DNA from: Schizosaccharomyces osmophilus
Lineage: Eukaryota
NCBI RefSeq assembly: GCF_027921745.1
Contig: NC_079240.1
Coordinates: forward strand, 2,170,001 to 2,234,000
DNA length: 64,000 bases
Reading direction: 5' to 3'
The notes below the pieces were generated by a model that did no database searches, had not been told where the DNA came from, and saw only the letters and a program-made list of their open reading frames with translations. This document shows, in pieces, positions 36,615-48,381 of this stretch. The stretch's first letter is position 1; every line of letters starts with the position of its first letter. The position numbers and the translations under genes were made by a program.

Positions 36615-37039
36615 TCTTTCTAATAAATTATGACTTAAGTAATAGAACTGAGTAAAGTTGTGGGAATTTGATGTTGTATGTAATCCACAAATATAGAGAG
36701 CGTTAAAGGAAGATGATATTCATATCACTTATGATACGAAAAAAATCTTGTTAAAAGTAGTTACTTTGGAATTTAAGAAAATGATTTAAATATTTAATAT
36801 ATAAATGAGAAACTTACGAAAGCTATCAATTGTGAAGCTGGGATGTATATTTAATCTGGTAAGAAGACACGATTCAAGCTGAAGGGAAGCATGCATTAAA
36901 TTGCATGTTTGCTGGTTTCGAATTGATTAAAAAAGATATTAAAAAAAAAAATTACTAAGAAAAATGAGGTAGTAGGGAAACCCGTAAAATGATGAGGAAG
37001 TATCGTAAAGGAAAGTAAGAAAGAACCTGGTATGCACCA

Positions 37040-38512
37040 TTAATCTTCGTATTCGTCCATGACTGCATTATGGGCTTCAATTAAGCGCTCAACATACTCA
37101 GATCCCTTTGCCAAAAAGGTTATTCGAACGTGGTAATCGTTTTCTTTTTGGCCAAGTCCAGTTCCTGGAACTAAGCATATACCAGTACGTTGCAAAATAT
37201 ATAAACAATATAGCTCGTCAGGCTGAACGTTATTCTCATTTGCTTCTCGAACAAATTTTTCTGGTAAAATAATATTAGGATGCAGATACATGGCACCGTG
37301 AGGCTCTTGGCAAGTGACATATTTCATGCGCTTGGTAGCTTCATAGAGAAATTCGCATTGCTTCTCCATGTCCTTGTGAATCTTCTTGATTTCCTGAGAA
37401 TACAACTCATAACTGGGTTCACCTACTTTCGGAGGTCGTACAAGCAAATCGACAAGGAGTTGACCCGTCACCGGCGCACATATATCGATAGTTGCTAGTT
37501 TTAAAATTTGTTCTTTGACAAAGGAAGGAACATTTATGATATCGATGTAGCCCCCTCGTTGCCCACACTCACCGAACTGCCCTTTACTAACAGAGTTTAT
37601 GCAGACGAGAGAAACCCTGCCCCAATCCGAGTTTGGCTCTCGTGTTTCGAGATCACATAACACTTTACGAAACGAAGTAAACTTCTTCCTAAACACGTTG
37701 TTTTGGTAGACTTCGTCGGAGATAATGACGAGGCCCTTTTTTTTTGCAAATCGGAGCACGTCTTCGATACATTCTTCTGAAATGCAGGTCCCTGTAGGGT
37801 TTCCAGGATTAATAAATACGCATAGGCGAATGTTCGTTCCCTTCTTGGACTCCTCTTCGTATGCATGCTTGAACTGCTCAATGTCTACATTCCAATCGTC
37901 CTTTTCAGACAGGTAGTACGACACACATTTTCCACGAAGAAGATCCATCAGGGCTCCATAAAGAGGGTACTGGGGACTGGGGAGCATGGCTCCTTCAGAC
38001 GGTCCTGAAATGAGTAAGGTCATGATTAGTTTGGCTCCTTGAGTCGCACCGCTCGTCAAGTAGATGTCGTCTGGGTGGCAAGCATAATTGTCACGCTCTT
38101 GAATATATTCTGCTACGTGCTTGCGAACGATCGGGATTCCTTGGGAATCGCTGTAAGCGCCAACACCGCCAGTATCTTTCAACAACAAACCAGCTCTCTC
38201 AACGACGTCACTTGGATAAATATTTTTGAACCAAGGTTCATGGGTATGATTTAACAAAGCTGGATACTGGCAAATCGACAAAACCTGACGAAGAAAGGTA
38301 ATGGGAAGTTGTCCAAACTGATGTGGATTACCAATATTTGCATATATTATATCTTGAAAGGGATAAGCATCACGATTTTCCAGCAAGTCATTTTGGATTT
38401 TCTCGGCAAGAACTGTTAAAGGACCACGAACTGCATAATTGACTTTTAAAACTTGCTGATTCAAATTGGAAACGTTAGAGAAAGCGTTAGGAAGGTAATT
38501 GTGGGAATGCAT
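37040..38512 (-). CDS. alt1: alanine aminotransferase
   Basis: YAVRG, ANIGNP, GAYSDSQG, INPGNPTG, DEVYQ and SKGQFGECGQRGGY motifs. Confidence 0.93.
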   Translation of the reverse strand: MHSHNYLPNAFSNVSNLNQQVLKVNYAVRGPLTVLAEKIQNDLLENRDAYPFQDIIYANIGNPHQFGQLPITFLRQVLSICQYPALLNHTHEPWFKNIYPSDVVERAGLLLKDTGGVGAYSDSQGIPIVRKHVAEYIQERDNYACHPDDIYLTSGATQGAKLIMTLLISGPSEGAMLPSPQYPLYGALMDLLRGKCVSYYLSEKDDWNVDIEQFKHAYEEESKKGTNIRLCVFINPGNPTGTCISEECIEDVLRFAKKKGLVIISDEVYQNNVFRKKFTSFRKVLCDLETREPNSDWGRVSLVCINSVSKGQFGECGQRGGYIDIINVPSFVKEQILKLATIDICAPVTGQLLVDLLVRPPKVGEPSYELYSQEIKKIHKDMEKQCEFLYEATKRMKYVTCQEPHGAMYLHPNIILPEKFVREANENNVQPDELYCLYILQRTGICLVPGTGLGQKENDYHVRITFLAKGSEYVERLIEAHNAVMDEYED

Positions 38513-39541
38513 CTCTTCATTAATGCTTTGGAAAAGGGCAGAATATTTTGGCTGATAAAGGATTGTTTCTTACCAAAGTGACCAGTTATGAGATCCTTCG
38601 ATCCGTTCATCCGATAAAGAAGTTTCTGTCATCATTACTTCTAAAAGAGATCCTTTAAGACATTTTTCATTGTTTTCTATGGGAAGCTATAATAAATCTT
38701 TAACTAAAATAATTGTTATATTTTAATAATGCCTGCCTTTGGAGTTGTTAGTAATCGTTAAATTCCATTTGAACTTTAGGTATATCGTTTATACCCGTGT
38801 ATCACAAGAAAAATCGCATTAAAGTAAGTCTTCATCGTACTAAGCAGGTACTAGTAATATGATATTTGGATGACAATGGCTTTCCGTGGTTTTCGATTTT
38901 TTTTCAATTATATTGAATGTCAATTTGAATTTCTGTTAGGAGTACTGTAAGAATGAGAAGGGAAGGCTATAGTTAGCTGAGTTGGATTCATCTCTCAGGG
39001 TGTACGCGCAATACGGAAGAAAGGAATCTTGGTCAAGGAGGGCGCTTTCGTACACAAAGAGAGAATTAAAAGTTCATCTATATCTCCCTTTAAATGGTTG
39101 GAGACTAAAAAAAGAAATCTAACGTTTCTAAGACCTCCCAGGCTACTCCTGTTTCCTCATATCATCAGTTAGCCTACCAGTGGTATCTTAAGCAAGAAAA
39201 TGAAAAGGGCAAGTCAAAGATAAAGTTAGCTTGATTTTCATGTGCATTTTTCTTATCTTTACGATACAACAGTCGCTTCCCTGTTTGTTTTGAGGCTGTC
39301 AGAGTAGGATCGTCACCCACTTATCCTTCAATAGCTTTCAGTGGAACCATACCTCTTTAAATAGTATATATTCAGCAAAATTTCATACAATCGGCCTCTC
39401 TAGTTTTAGTTTTTTGTATTTTCACAAAGCTACTCCGATGTAAACAAAAGTAACAAAGTGGTGGTGTTACCTGAATCGGTGTAGAGCGATTCCTGAGGTG
39501 GACGAGAGCAAATGTGTCATCTACTACCACCTACAAAGACA

Positions 39542-40735
39542 ATGAGTGAAAAAGCAAGAGTGATATCTGATTTGACGATTTCTCAATCGATATATGAGTT
39601 ATCAAACAGCTTTTTGGAAAGTAAGCATGAAAAGGCGCTGGAAACGCTGTTTTCAGCGATTCGAGAAAACCATCTAGCACCTCTTTATCAATATGTCTGT
39701 GAACATGAGGGTACGATGTCGAAAATTGACCAAGATGAATCTTTTCTCAATCAAATGGTACAAGAAAACAACAAGCGTATCGAAGAATTCGACAAAGCAC
39801 ATGCAGACGCCCAAGAACTGAATGGTGAGCATGAAATTCTAGAAGCTATGAGAGGCAAGGCATATTATTTTGTCGATATCTGTGATAGAGTACGAGGTGT
39901 ACAACTTTGTGATGAAATTTATGATCGAGCTACTTTGACAGGCATGAAAATTGATGTGTTGTTCCTAAAAATTCGCCTGGCTTATGTCTACGCTGACATG
40001 AAGACTGTCAGTCAATTATTAGAAAAGATGAAGCCACTGATTGAAAAGGGAGGTGATTGGGAACGCAAGAATCGCTTAAAGGCTTACCAAGGAATTTACC
40101 TGATGTCCATTCGTGACTTTTCTGGTGCTGCTGATTTGTTGCTTGATTGCATGTCTACCTTTTCTTCCACAGAGTTACTTCCTTATTACGACGTTGTTCG
40201 CTATGCCGTTATTTCTGGCGCCATTTCTTTAGACCGTGTTCATGTAAAATCAAATATCATAGATTCCCCTGAAGTCCTTGCCGTGCTGCCTCAAAACGAG
40301 TCCATGTCTAGCTTAGAGGCATGCATTAATAGCCTCTATCTATGCGATTATGCTGGCTTCTTCCGTACTCTTGCCGATGTCGAGCAAAACCATCTCAAGT
40401 GCGATCAGTTTCTTGTCGCTCACTACCGCTACTATGTTCGTGAAATGAGAAGACGTGCTTACTCTCAATTGTTGGAATCTTATAGTGCTCTTAGTATCGA
40501 ATCTATGGCTGCTGCCTTCGGCGTTTCTGTCGAATACATTGATCGCGATCTAGCTTCCTTTATTCCTGACAATAAAGTGAACTGTGTGATTGACCGTGTA
40601 CATGGCGTTGTTGAAACGAATCGTCCCGATGAAAAGAACCGCCAATATCAAGAAGTTGTGAAGCAAGGAGATGTTTTACTCAATAAGCTTCAAAAATACC
40701 AAGCTACTGTTATGCGCGGTGCTTTTAAAGTCTAA
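39542..40735 (+). CDS. rpn7: 19S proteasome regulatory subunit Rpn7
   Basis: GGDWERKNRLKAY, RYYVREMRRRAYSQLLESY and the PCI domain; probable start MSEKAR at 39542. Confidence 0.96.
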   Translation: MSEKARVISDLTISQSIYELSNSFLESKHEKALETLFSAIRENHLAPLYQYVCEHEGTMSKIDQDESFLNQMVQENNKRIEEFDKAHADAQELNGEHEILEAMRGKAYYFVDICDRVRGVQLCDEIYDRATLTGMKIDVLFLKIRLAYVYADMKTVSQLLEKMKPLIEKGGDWERKNRLKAYQGIYLMSIRDFSGAADLLLDCMSTFSSTELLPYYDVVRYAVISGAISLDRVHVKSNIIDSPEVLAVLPQNESMSSLEACINSLYLCDYAGFFRTLADVEQNHLKCDQFLVAHYRYYVREMRRRAYSQLLESYSALSIESMAAAFGVSVEYIDRDLASFIPDNKVNCVIDRVHGVVETNRPDEKNRQYQEVVKQGDVLLNKLQKYQATVMRGAFKV

Positions 40736-41059
40736 ATAATGGGGATTTTTCGTTCTGTTTAAAAATGTCGAGTCGCTTTCATAAACGGTGTTTCCGTTTG
40801 TTGATGCTCATGTAATGAAAATTGTTCTGCATATGACTGCCCACAGAAAGGTTTATATAAATAAATCTTTTGTTAACGTTTTTCTTTGTACCGTTTGTAA
40901 ATGTATTTTGGTCAACTTTGGCCAGTCCATTTAACCTTTTTATAGGCCGACATAAAAAAGCATCCCGTGTAAACCATTTATGATTTTATTTTTAATAAAT
41001 TAAGTCTTTATGTTAATCATGTATGTTGGCTTTGCTCAGTCTCTATTGAAAGGTGTGAA

Positions 41060-41065
41060 ACGCGT
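41060..41065 (+). promoter_or_regulatory. MCB element upstream of mcp6
   Basis: ACGCGT 100 nt upstream of the ATG, plus TCGCGT at about 41129. Confidence 0.45.
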
Positions 41066-41161
41066 ATAATCTGGGTATGCTAGCTGCCTTCAACCTACTA
41101 CATCAAGAGATTGGGAATATTCCAATTCTCGCGTTTTCATATCAACATTTTCAAATAAAAC

Positions 41162-42223
41162 ATGGATTTTGAAGATTTACTGCAAGCTTCAGGTTCTCCA
41201 GACACAACGTGCGTACCATCGTCGCCAATTTCGTACATAAAAGACGAGAAACTAGATAAATGTCACGTCGAGAAACTTTCTAGCAATGAAGATGTAGACT
41301 TATCTGAAAAAACTATTCGATTTCTTAAACTACAGATGAATGCAAAGGGAATTATCGACGCGTTTGAACGCGATTCTTTACAAAGTTCATTGGAAATTAA
41401 GAATTTAAAACTACAATTGGAAGAGGAACGAAGGTTAAACGAACAATTTAGAATGACTACGGTGATTAAACTTCAAAATACAAATGAACAGCTAAAAAGT
41501 GAAAACCAGCATATCCTAAACCAAAATGAAGAATTACTGGTCATGAAAAAAGAACATGAAACGAGACATGAATTACTAAAACAAGATATGAAAGCGCTCA
41601 AAGAAAATTATAAGGCATCTTTCGTGCGAATCGGGAATTTGGAGCATGAAAATTCTAATCTGAAAACTTCACTGTGTAATCAAAGTAGGGAAGCCAGGCA
41701 GAGGTCTAAAGTTGAACCGGAATCTCCCAAAGATTGGAAAGAACAGTTCAAAGAGAAAATTAAAACAAAACGGTCCTTAGGTCATCAGCATTTCCGAGTA
41801 CGCGATGTCAACACACCAGAAGACTCCCAACGAGAAAGGAAAAGAGAAAGAGAGGGAGAACATGTAGAGTCTCGCAGAATCAACAGTCAAACAGACACAT
41901 TCTCCCCAAGGGTTATAGAAACACGATCTCGAATCCTCCGACTTCAGGAGTCATTTTCAGATTTGGAAACTCAGCATGACTCTTTCCGGAATATTTGCGA
42001 TTCCTTAAGAGAAAAGCTAAAAGTAGACTCTAGTAAAACGAAGCAAAGGCTCTTGAAACTGGAAAATCTTCTTCAGAATCGCTCTCCTCCATCTTACACA
42101 TTTTCTTTAAGTTGCACACATCAGCTTCCGCACGATTCGAGAACAGAACCGTTCACTAAAACAAAACATGAATCTCATAATGAAGTATTCACTCCAATCT
42201 CCCTGCCTTTCGACGCCTCATAA
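41162..42223 (+). CDS. mcp6: meiotic coiled-coil spindle pole body protein Mcp6/Hrs1
   Basis: Long heptad-rich coiled-coil ORF between rpn7 and brc1, where S. pombe has mcp6; identity mainly from synteny. Confidence 0.72.
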   Translation: MDFEDLLQASGSPDTTCVPSSPISYIKDEKLDKCHVEKLSSNEDVDLSEKTIRFLKLQMNAKGIIDAFERDSLQSSLEIKNLKLQLEEERRLNEQFRMTTVIKLQNTNEQLKSENQHILNQNEELLVMKKEHETRHELLKQDMKALKENYKASFVRIGNLEHENSNLKTSLCNQSREARQRSKVEPESPKDWKEQFKEKIKTKRSLGHQHFRVRDVNTPEDSQRERKREREGEHVESRRINSQTDTFSPRVIETRSRILRLQESFSDLETQHDSFRNICDSLREKLKVDSSKTKQRLLKLENLLQNRSPPSYTFSLSCTHQLPHDSRTEPFTKTKHESHNEVFTPISLPFDAS

Positions 42224-42473
42224 GGAAAGTGACTAGACCGACTAGCAGTAGCAAGTTTTTATCTGTCTTCTTTTTTTTTTTACATATATCTATCTATTAA
42301 TTTACGAGTAACACAATTGAATTATTTATGTTTTAAATTACATTTTCTTTGCATAATCCTTTAATGTCACGTCAGCTTAATTTGTTGTTAAAGGCCTCCA
42401 TCTTGGAGTAAACAACCTTGAAGTTTTCTAATAATAGGTTTTGGCAGTAGTTCAACCCAAACGTTAGATACGA

Positions 42474-45205
42474 ATGCAAGCTGCAGAAAATGATACTTTA
42501 AATGGTTTATTTAAGTCGGTGGTTGCCGTTTTAGATGCAGATGATTTAAATATTGTATGAATGACCTGTTGATGAATTGCTAACTGATTGACTTCAAAGA
42601 AAAGATTGTTTCTTCAAAATGGTGGTAATATTTTGAATTATCCCTATAATTGGAAATTGGCTACGCACGTTATAGGAAACGATTTCGATTCTTCAGTTGT
42701 CCAAGAAGGCGCTCGAAGGTCGCTTCGACTAGTCAAGGTATGTAGGAGCATACATAAATATTTGATTCTAACGTTTATATCGACCAGACTAACTGGATTG
42801 AGGATTGCATCGAGAAAAATGCGTTGTTGGATTATGCGCCTTACAGCAGCAATCCATACCTAATTTTCAAGGGGATTTGTGCTACCACATGTGAAATAGA
42901 TCCATTCTTGGCTTCTTTTATTGATGATTCATTGGAAGTTTTAGGGGGAAAGTTCACACCGGTATTAATAAAGTCTATAACGCATGTGTTTTCTATTGAT
43001 GGAGAGGGTCCGAAATGTCGAAAAGTTAAAGAAAAGGAAAATGTTGAAATAAAAGTTATTCATCCAAGGTGGATCTTAGAATGTTTGATTCAAGGGAGAT
43101 GCATTGACCAGAAGCACTATTTATTTCCCAGTCTCTCTTTTTCACAGAAACCGAAAAATACTCTCAATGACCATTCTTTATTTCGAAACGTATTTCACAA
43201 AAAAAAGATTTTCTTTTCCAGCGATTTGAATCTTCCTACGGTAGCCAACCAGGCTATCCGTAAATTTGCTGTTAATTTAGGAGCTGATATAGCTGAGTCG
43301 ACTCGGGATTGTGATGTTTTTATAGGATTTCAAAGAGAAACAGATGAATTCAGGATCGCTATCGTACAAAATTCTACTATAGCTACGGTCAGTTGGCTAC
43401 TGAATAGTTTTGTATTAGGATCTTGGAAGGATCCCCTACTGGATGCGCTTCATTTCCCTTTACCTTCGAAGAAATTTCTAAAAGGACAAACGATTGCTTT
43501 GACAAATTATACTGGAAAAGCTCGAACGTATTTAGAAAAGTTAATTGTAGCTTCGGGGGCGTCATATACGAAAAATCTAAAACCCACCAATTCAGTGTTG
43601 ATAGCTGCTTCTTCATATGGGCAAAAATTTGGTGCTGCCAAGGTTTGGAAAATTCCATCGGCCCATCATATGTGGCTATTTTCGTCATTCAAAAGTCTTT
43701 CATCTGAACCGTATTCTGATTTTCCTGTTCCTCTCGATGAATCATATATGGATTTTTTGCTTCCATGTAAATTAGAATCAAAGATTGATTCGGAAGTGAA
43801 GGTTGCTGAAGGATCTTCCCATAATGATGATCAAATTTTGGTAAACCAAGATATAGAGAAAAATATGGATTATGAGCCGCCAGAAGCAATCGAAGACAGA
43901 ATGAATAAGGAGAAAGAGGGCGATAAGCAGGGAAATCATAACAATGAAACTCATGAAGATTCTAGTCTATCGCCAGGAAGTCCATTAATGTCCAAAGACG
44001 TTCAACTAGATGACGACTTACCGAGTATAAATGGTCCCGTTATGGCAAAATCATTCTCTAACAACAATATTGCATCAACCGAAAATATTCAAATGAATAA
44101 TGAAGAGGACCATCCGAGGTTAATTTTAGACAATATTACACAGAATATGAATCTGGAGCATAAAAAAGCGGATACCCAAATGTCAGATGAAACGACGAAT
44201 CTAAGTACCCAAAATCAGCATGAATCCACATCTACACCTTTATTAACTCCTTCAGTTATTATTCCTTCGTTAAAAGGCGTTTCTAATTTAGCGGAAGATC
44301 CCCAAGCACTTTCAAGACATAACTCTCCATCATATTCGGTAATCCCTGATTCAACTCAAGCAGAAAATATTGCCAGTAGTGCTCCCTCAACACAAGAACG
44401 TTCAAGAAGTAAGAGGAAATCGGCTTCTATGGCACTTTCCATGTTGCAGAATGTTGTAATGCCAGATGTGGTGGCATTCGAACGGGAAAAAAGATTAAAA
44501 AAACACGTTGACATGACCGTTCCAGAAAAGCCAGGATCTCAAACCATGACCAATACCAATTTACATGAACGACGATATGTTATTATAACTGGTTATGAAA
44601 CGAAGCCTAGTTCTGATTATCTAAAGAAGAGTAATATAAATATTACATCGAATCCAAGCAAATGCACTCATTTAGTTGCTCCTAGGATTTTGCGTACGGC
44701 AAAGTTTTTATGTGCTATACCGAATGGGCCTCAAGTGGTAACCATGGAATGGCTTCAAGATAGCATCAAGCAACGACATCCTTCTGCAGAAGACAAATAT
44801 CTTTTAAAAGACGAGGAAAAAGAAAAAGAGATTGGCTGCTCCATTCAGGATTCTTTGAAGCGAGCTAGGGAAAAAGGGCCAACTCTTTTAGAAAATTATG
44901 TGATATATTTGACATCCAAAACAGTCGCTCCAGGAAATGTTTCTGCTGTTACAAGTATAGTGAAATCAAACGGAGGAGCCTGTTCTACTATTAGTAACTT
45001 CAACAAGCGCTTAACAAAGCACTTGGAAAACGGAAATATAATCGTCATTACTTGTCAAGAAGATAGACATATATGGGAAAACTTTTTATCCTCCATCGAA
45101 ACTTACCAAAATACATTCCTTCAAAATTACGATTGGCTTATGAAAACGATATTGAGACAGGAGTTGGATGCTTCAGAAAAAGTCGCCAGTGAATTTTCTC
45201 AATAA
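42474..45205 (+). CDS. brc1: multi-BRCT protein Brc1
   Basis: Repeated BRCT units (ITHVFS...IHPRWILEC; IALTNYTG..R.YL; CTHLVAPRILRTAKFLCAI); two 5' introns. Confidence 0.9.
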
Positions 45206-45686
45206 AAATCCAAAAGCATTTTATAGACTAAACTGGTTAATGAAAAGTTTCTTTTTCTTCAATGTTGTGAGTAGCTCTCTTATATAAGTGCCTGCTTTAC
45301 AGTCGTGCTTTAGAATAAATCCTTTTTTTGAGTATGGCCCACGTAACCTGAGTATACCTTCAAAATAAGTCAATGATTTCTGGTTATCACAGGTGTACTT
45401 TTTTTATTTTTTTTTTACTTACAACTATATATACTGCAACTTTTTGGAACCCTAAATTCTTATTTACGAAATACTGGATATGCTTGACAGCATGATCTAC
45501 AATACTTCTTACACACTACAAATTCACTTCAGGTACCTGCTTTCTCATTTAGTAAATCAAAGAATAATAAACAATGAATAAGATTGATTTATTATTTAAG
45601 ACTTGAAGGAAATATAATTAATTGACTGAAGAAAAGGGACAACCTTGTGTTATATTGAATGGTCAATTGAATAACAGTCAAGCACT

Positions 45687-47790
45687 ATGGCTAATTATAA
45701 AGCTTCTAGAGATGTTTCAGAAGAATCTAGGAATTCAGAGATGAAAAGTGACGCCGGTAATTTTCGTCGTATGTCCTTTATTAAGAGAATGATGGTAACT
45801 AAATCAGAGTATGTAGAGGAATGCATATTGTCTTCGTTTGAGGACATATCAGATTTATTGCGTTTTTTTCAAAAATTTAGCTTTGAAATCAGGAAAATAG
45901 AACGGCGCACTCTGTCCAAATTTGAACATGATCAAGCGTCTGGTGTATGTGCGATTTTGATTCTTCAAAGCCAGATCTGTTTGAAGCTAACTACATTTTA
46001 AAGAGATTGTTCTTAAATAATGAAGATAAATTGAGAGCTCGTGTTGCTTTAGACTTTTTACAATCGTTGATGGACGTCAAAAGACAGAGCCATGTTGGCA
46101 AGAGAGCTTCGAAAAGTTCTACAGAACACAAGAAAAAGGTCTATAATTATCAGGAAAAGCTGGAATCAAACAAAGAAAAACGGGAGAAAGCTCTCTTGGA
46201 AAGATATTTACAAGAGTTGGATCCTGCATTGGCTTTTCCATACGAGGTATAATATTTGCTTTTGGTCTATGACTTTTAAACTAATTTTACTTTTCAATTA
46301 GGGATCTCTTGTGATTTCATCTGATGAACTTGATGTTTACGAAAATTTTGGAGGAGAACCATTGGTACTTCTAAACCCAATTCGTATCAAATTTCATTGC
46401 CATATTGATTATTCTCCAAAATTATCTGTAAGTACAATTCCTTTAATTCCATTTGCTTACCTATTTTAGCTTATACATATTCGTTGTCAAAACTCTTTAG
46501 AACTCAAAGAGGCATTGCACCATGTGAAGCTGTTTTATTTTGAACAGGCCTCGTACCATCGTTTGGAAAGGTCATGTCTCAGTTTGCATATCCTCAATTT
46601 GGATAGTCGCTCGAATTTTAATATATTTTATGATCGGGAATTCGTTCTTTCGATGAAGTTTCTTCCTAAGCGTATCCACTTACGAGCAATTCCTTCTACT
46701 TCTTCTTCTGTTGCAAATGAGGAAACGTTGGAAAAGTATGAAGTTCCTAAAGACTGAATGCTGACTTTAATTTTCTAGGATTCGTAATGGTAATGTTCAA
46801 GCCATGAAAAATTACATTTTAGCCTCTTTTTATAATGTTTATTTGTTTATCGGTGTTGTTTTCATGCGAGTCAAAGTTGGTGTTCCATTGTTTGAGAGGC
46901 TTAAAATTGGTGAAAATGAAACTAACACTAATTCGATACAAGACGCGTCTAGAATCTTGCTGGAGAAACAAACTAAGTCCTCCTTTCTTAGGTATTTAGC
47001 TCCTAATTATGTATCCGAGAGGATTCTTTCATCCATGGAGTCAATCAAAGATGAAAGCGGAAAGCAAGTATTTGAAGCATTCGGAACAAATCCTCTTAAT
47101 GTCGTTCATTTTACATTAAATGACATTCATAATACTAAAAAGAACCTAACTGCAATTTGGGATAAACCAGTTGGACGACCTAACAGATGGTACATTGATA
47201 GCAACACGAAGGATACCCTGAGTATCACACACTGTAATTTGAACACCCTTTCTTGGAATCTTTATATAAAATATGGGAAACATACACATGATTCTCAGGC
47301 ATACAGCGATTTTGCGTCTTCAATAATTATGGATAATAAAAATCGGATTTACTTCTTAAACACTTCTGAGGTTTTTGTCGAAACTGTGATTGTGAAGTTA
47401 AAACACAAGTTCTATCACGTACCCTCTGGTTATCATCTTCATTTGACTCGCTTTGAGGCCCATGCAATGGGTCAAAATACATTTATAGATTCCGATACGC
47501 AACCCGGAATTCAAGTATATCGAGTTGGTCAAGACACTTCCGTGCTTCGCTATGGCCTGTCATTCTGGGATCCCAATTGGGATCGTATTTTTGCAGAGAA
47601 TCAGCACAGATTATCTGGAAGCTCTCCTACCTATAAGCCATCCCTTCAAACAATCTTTCCAGAAGGGATTGAGGCGTTCATCTCTCATTCTCAATCTATT
47701 GTTTTACAAGTAGCCTCTCTCGCAAATCAATTCAACGGCAATCAGAACATTTTTGAGGCGGATAATTCCATTAGCGACTCTATGGTGTAG
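45687..47790 (+). CDS. dsh1: RNAi/heterochromatin factor Dsh1 (multi-exon; start approximate)
   Basis: Fragmented + strand ORFs joined by GT-AG introns; identity from position between brc1 and cdc13. Confidence 0.65.
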
Positions 47791-48381
47791 CTTCCACTTA
47801 TGCCTTCGGACATTTCGTTAGCGTTTACGGTACCAAGTTTACAATTTTTTTCACGACTTAAGAAAATAATCATTATTATTACTATATTCTTGAACAATAC
47901 GATAAGAGAAAACTCTTCTAGTAGTTTAGAGGAAAAATATAAACTCCATCCTTATAGCTCAACCGTATAATTTAAATAAGCTGTGAAACTAAAAAAGTAC
48001 CTAATGCCGTCCAGAAATCATTAAATCTTCAAATAAGAATTCGAATTGTATCGAGAAAGGAATACCGGTGAGAGCGATGAACCAATATTTGAAGTATTAT
48101 CAAACCATAAAAGCTCCGAAAGCAAAAGAAATAAATTATTATAACCTAGATAATACGCTTTTGCTGCCGTAACTAGGGAGTCCTTTAAAGATAGGTGGGT
48201 AGAATTAAACAAAACGAAACATTACGGGCGGTAGTCGTGCAAACGCAAGATAATTATGATTAAAACAAAAAAATTCAATAAACATGCACGCTAAAAAGGG
48301 ATTCAAATAAACCAGTTCCCTGAATTAAAGCTCGGACAACTTAATGGTCAGGGGGTTCTTGAAAGTAGAAATAAAACGCGT

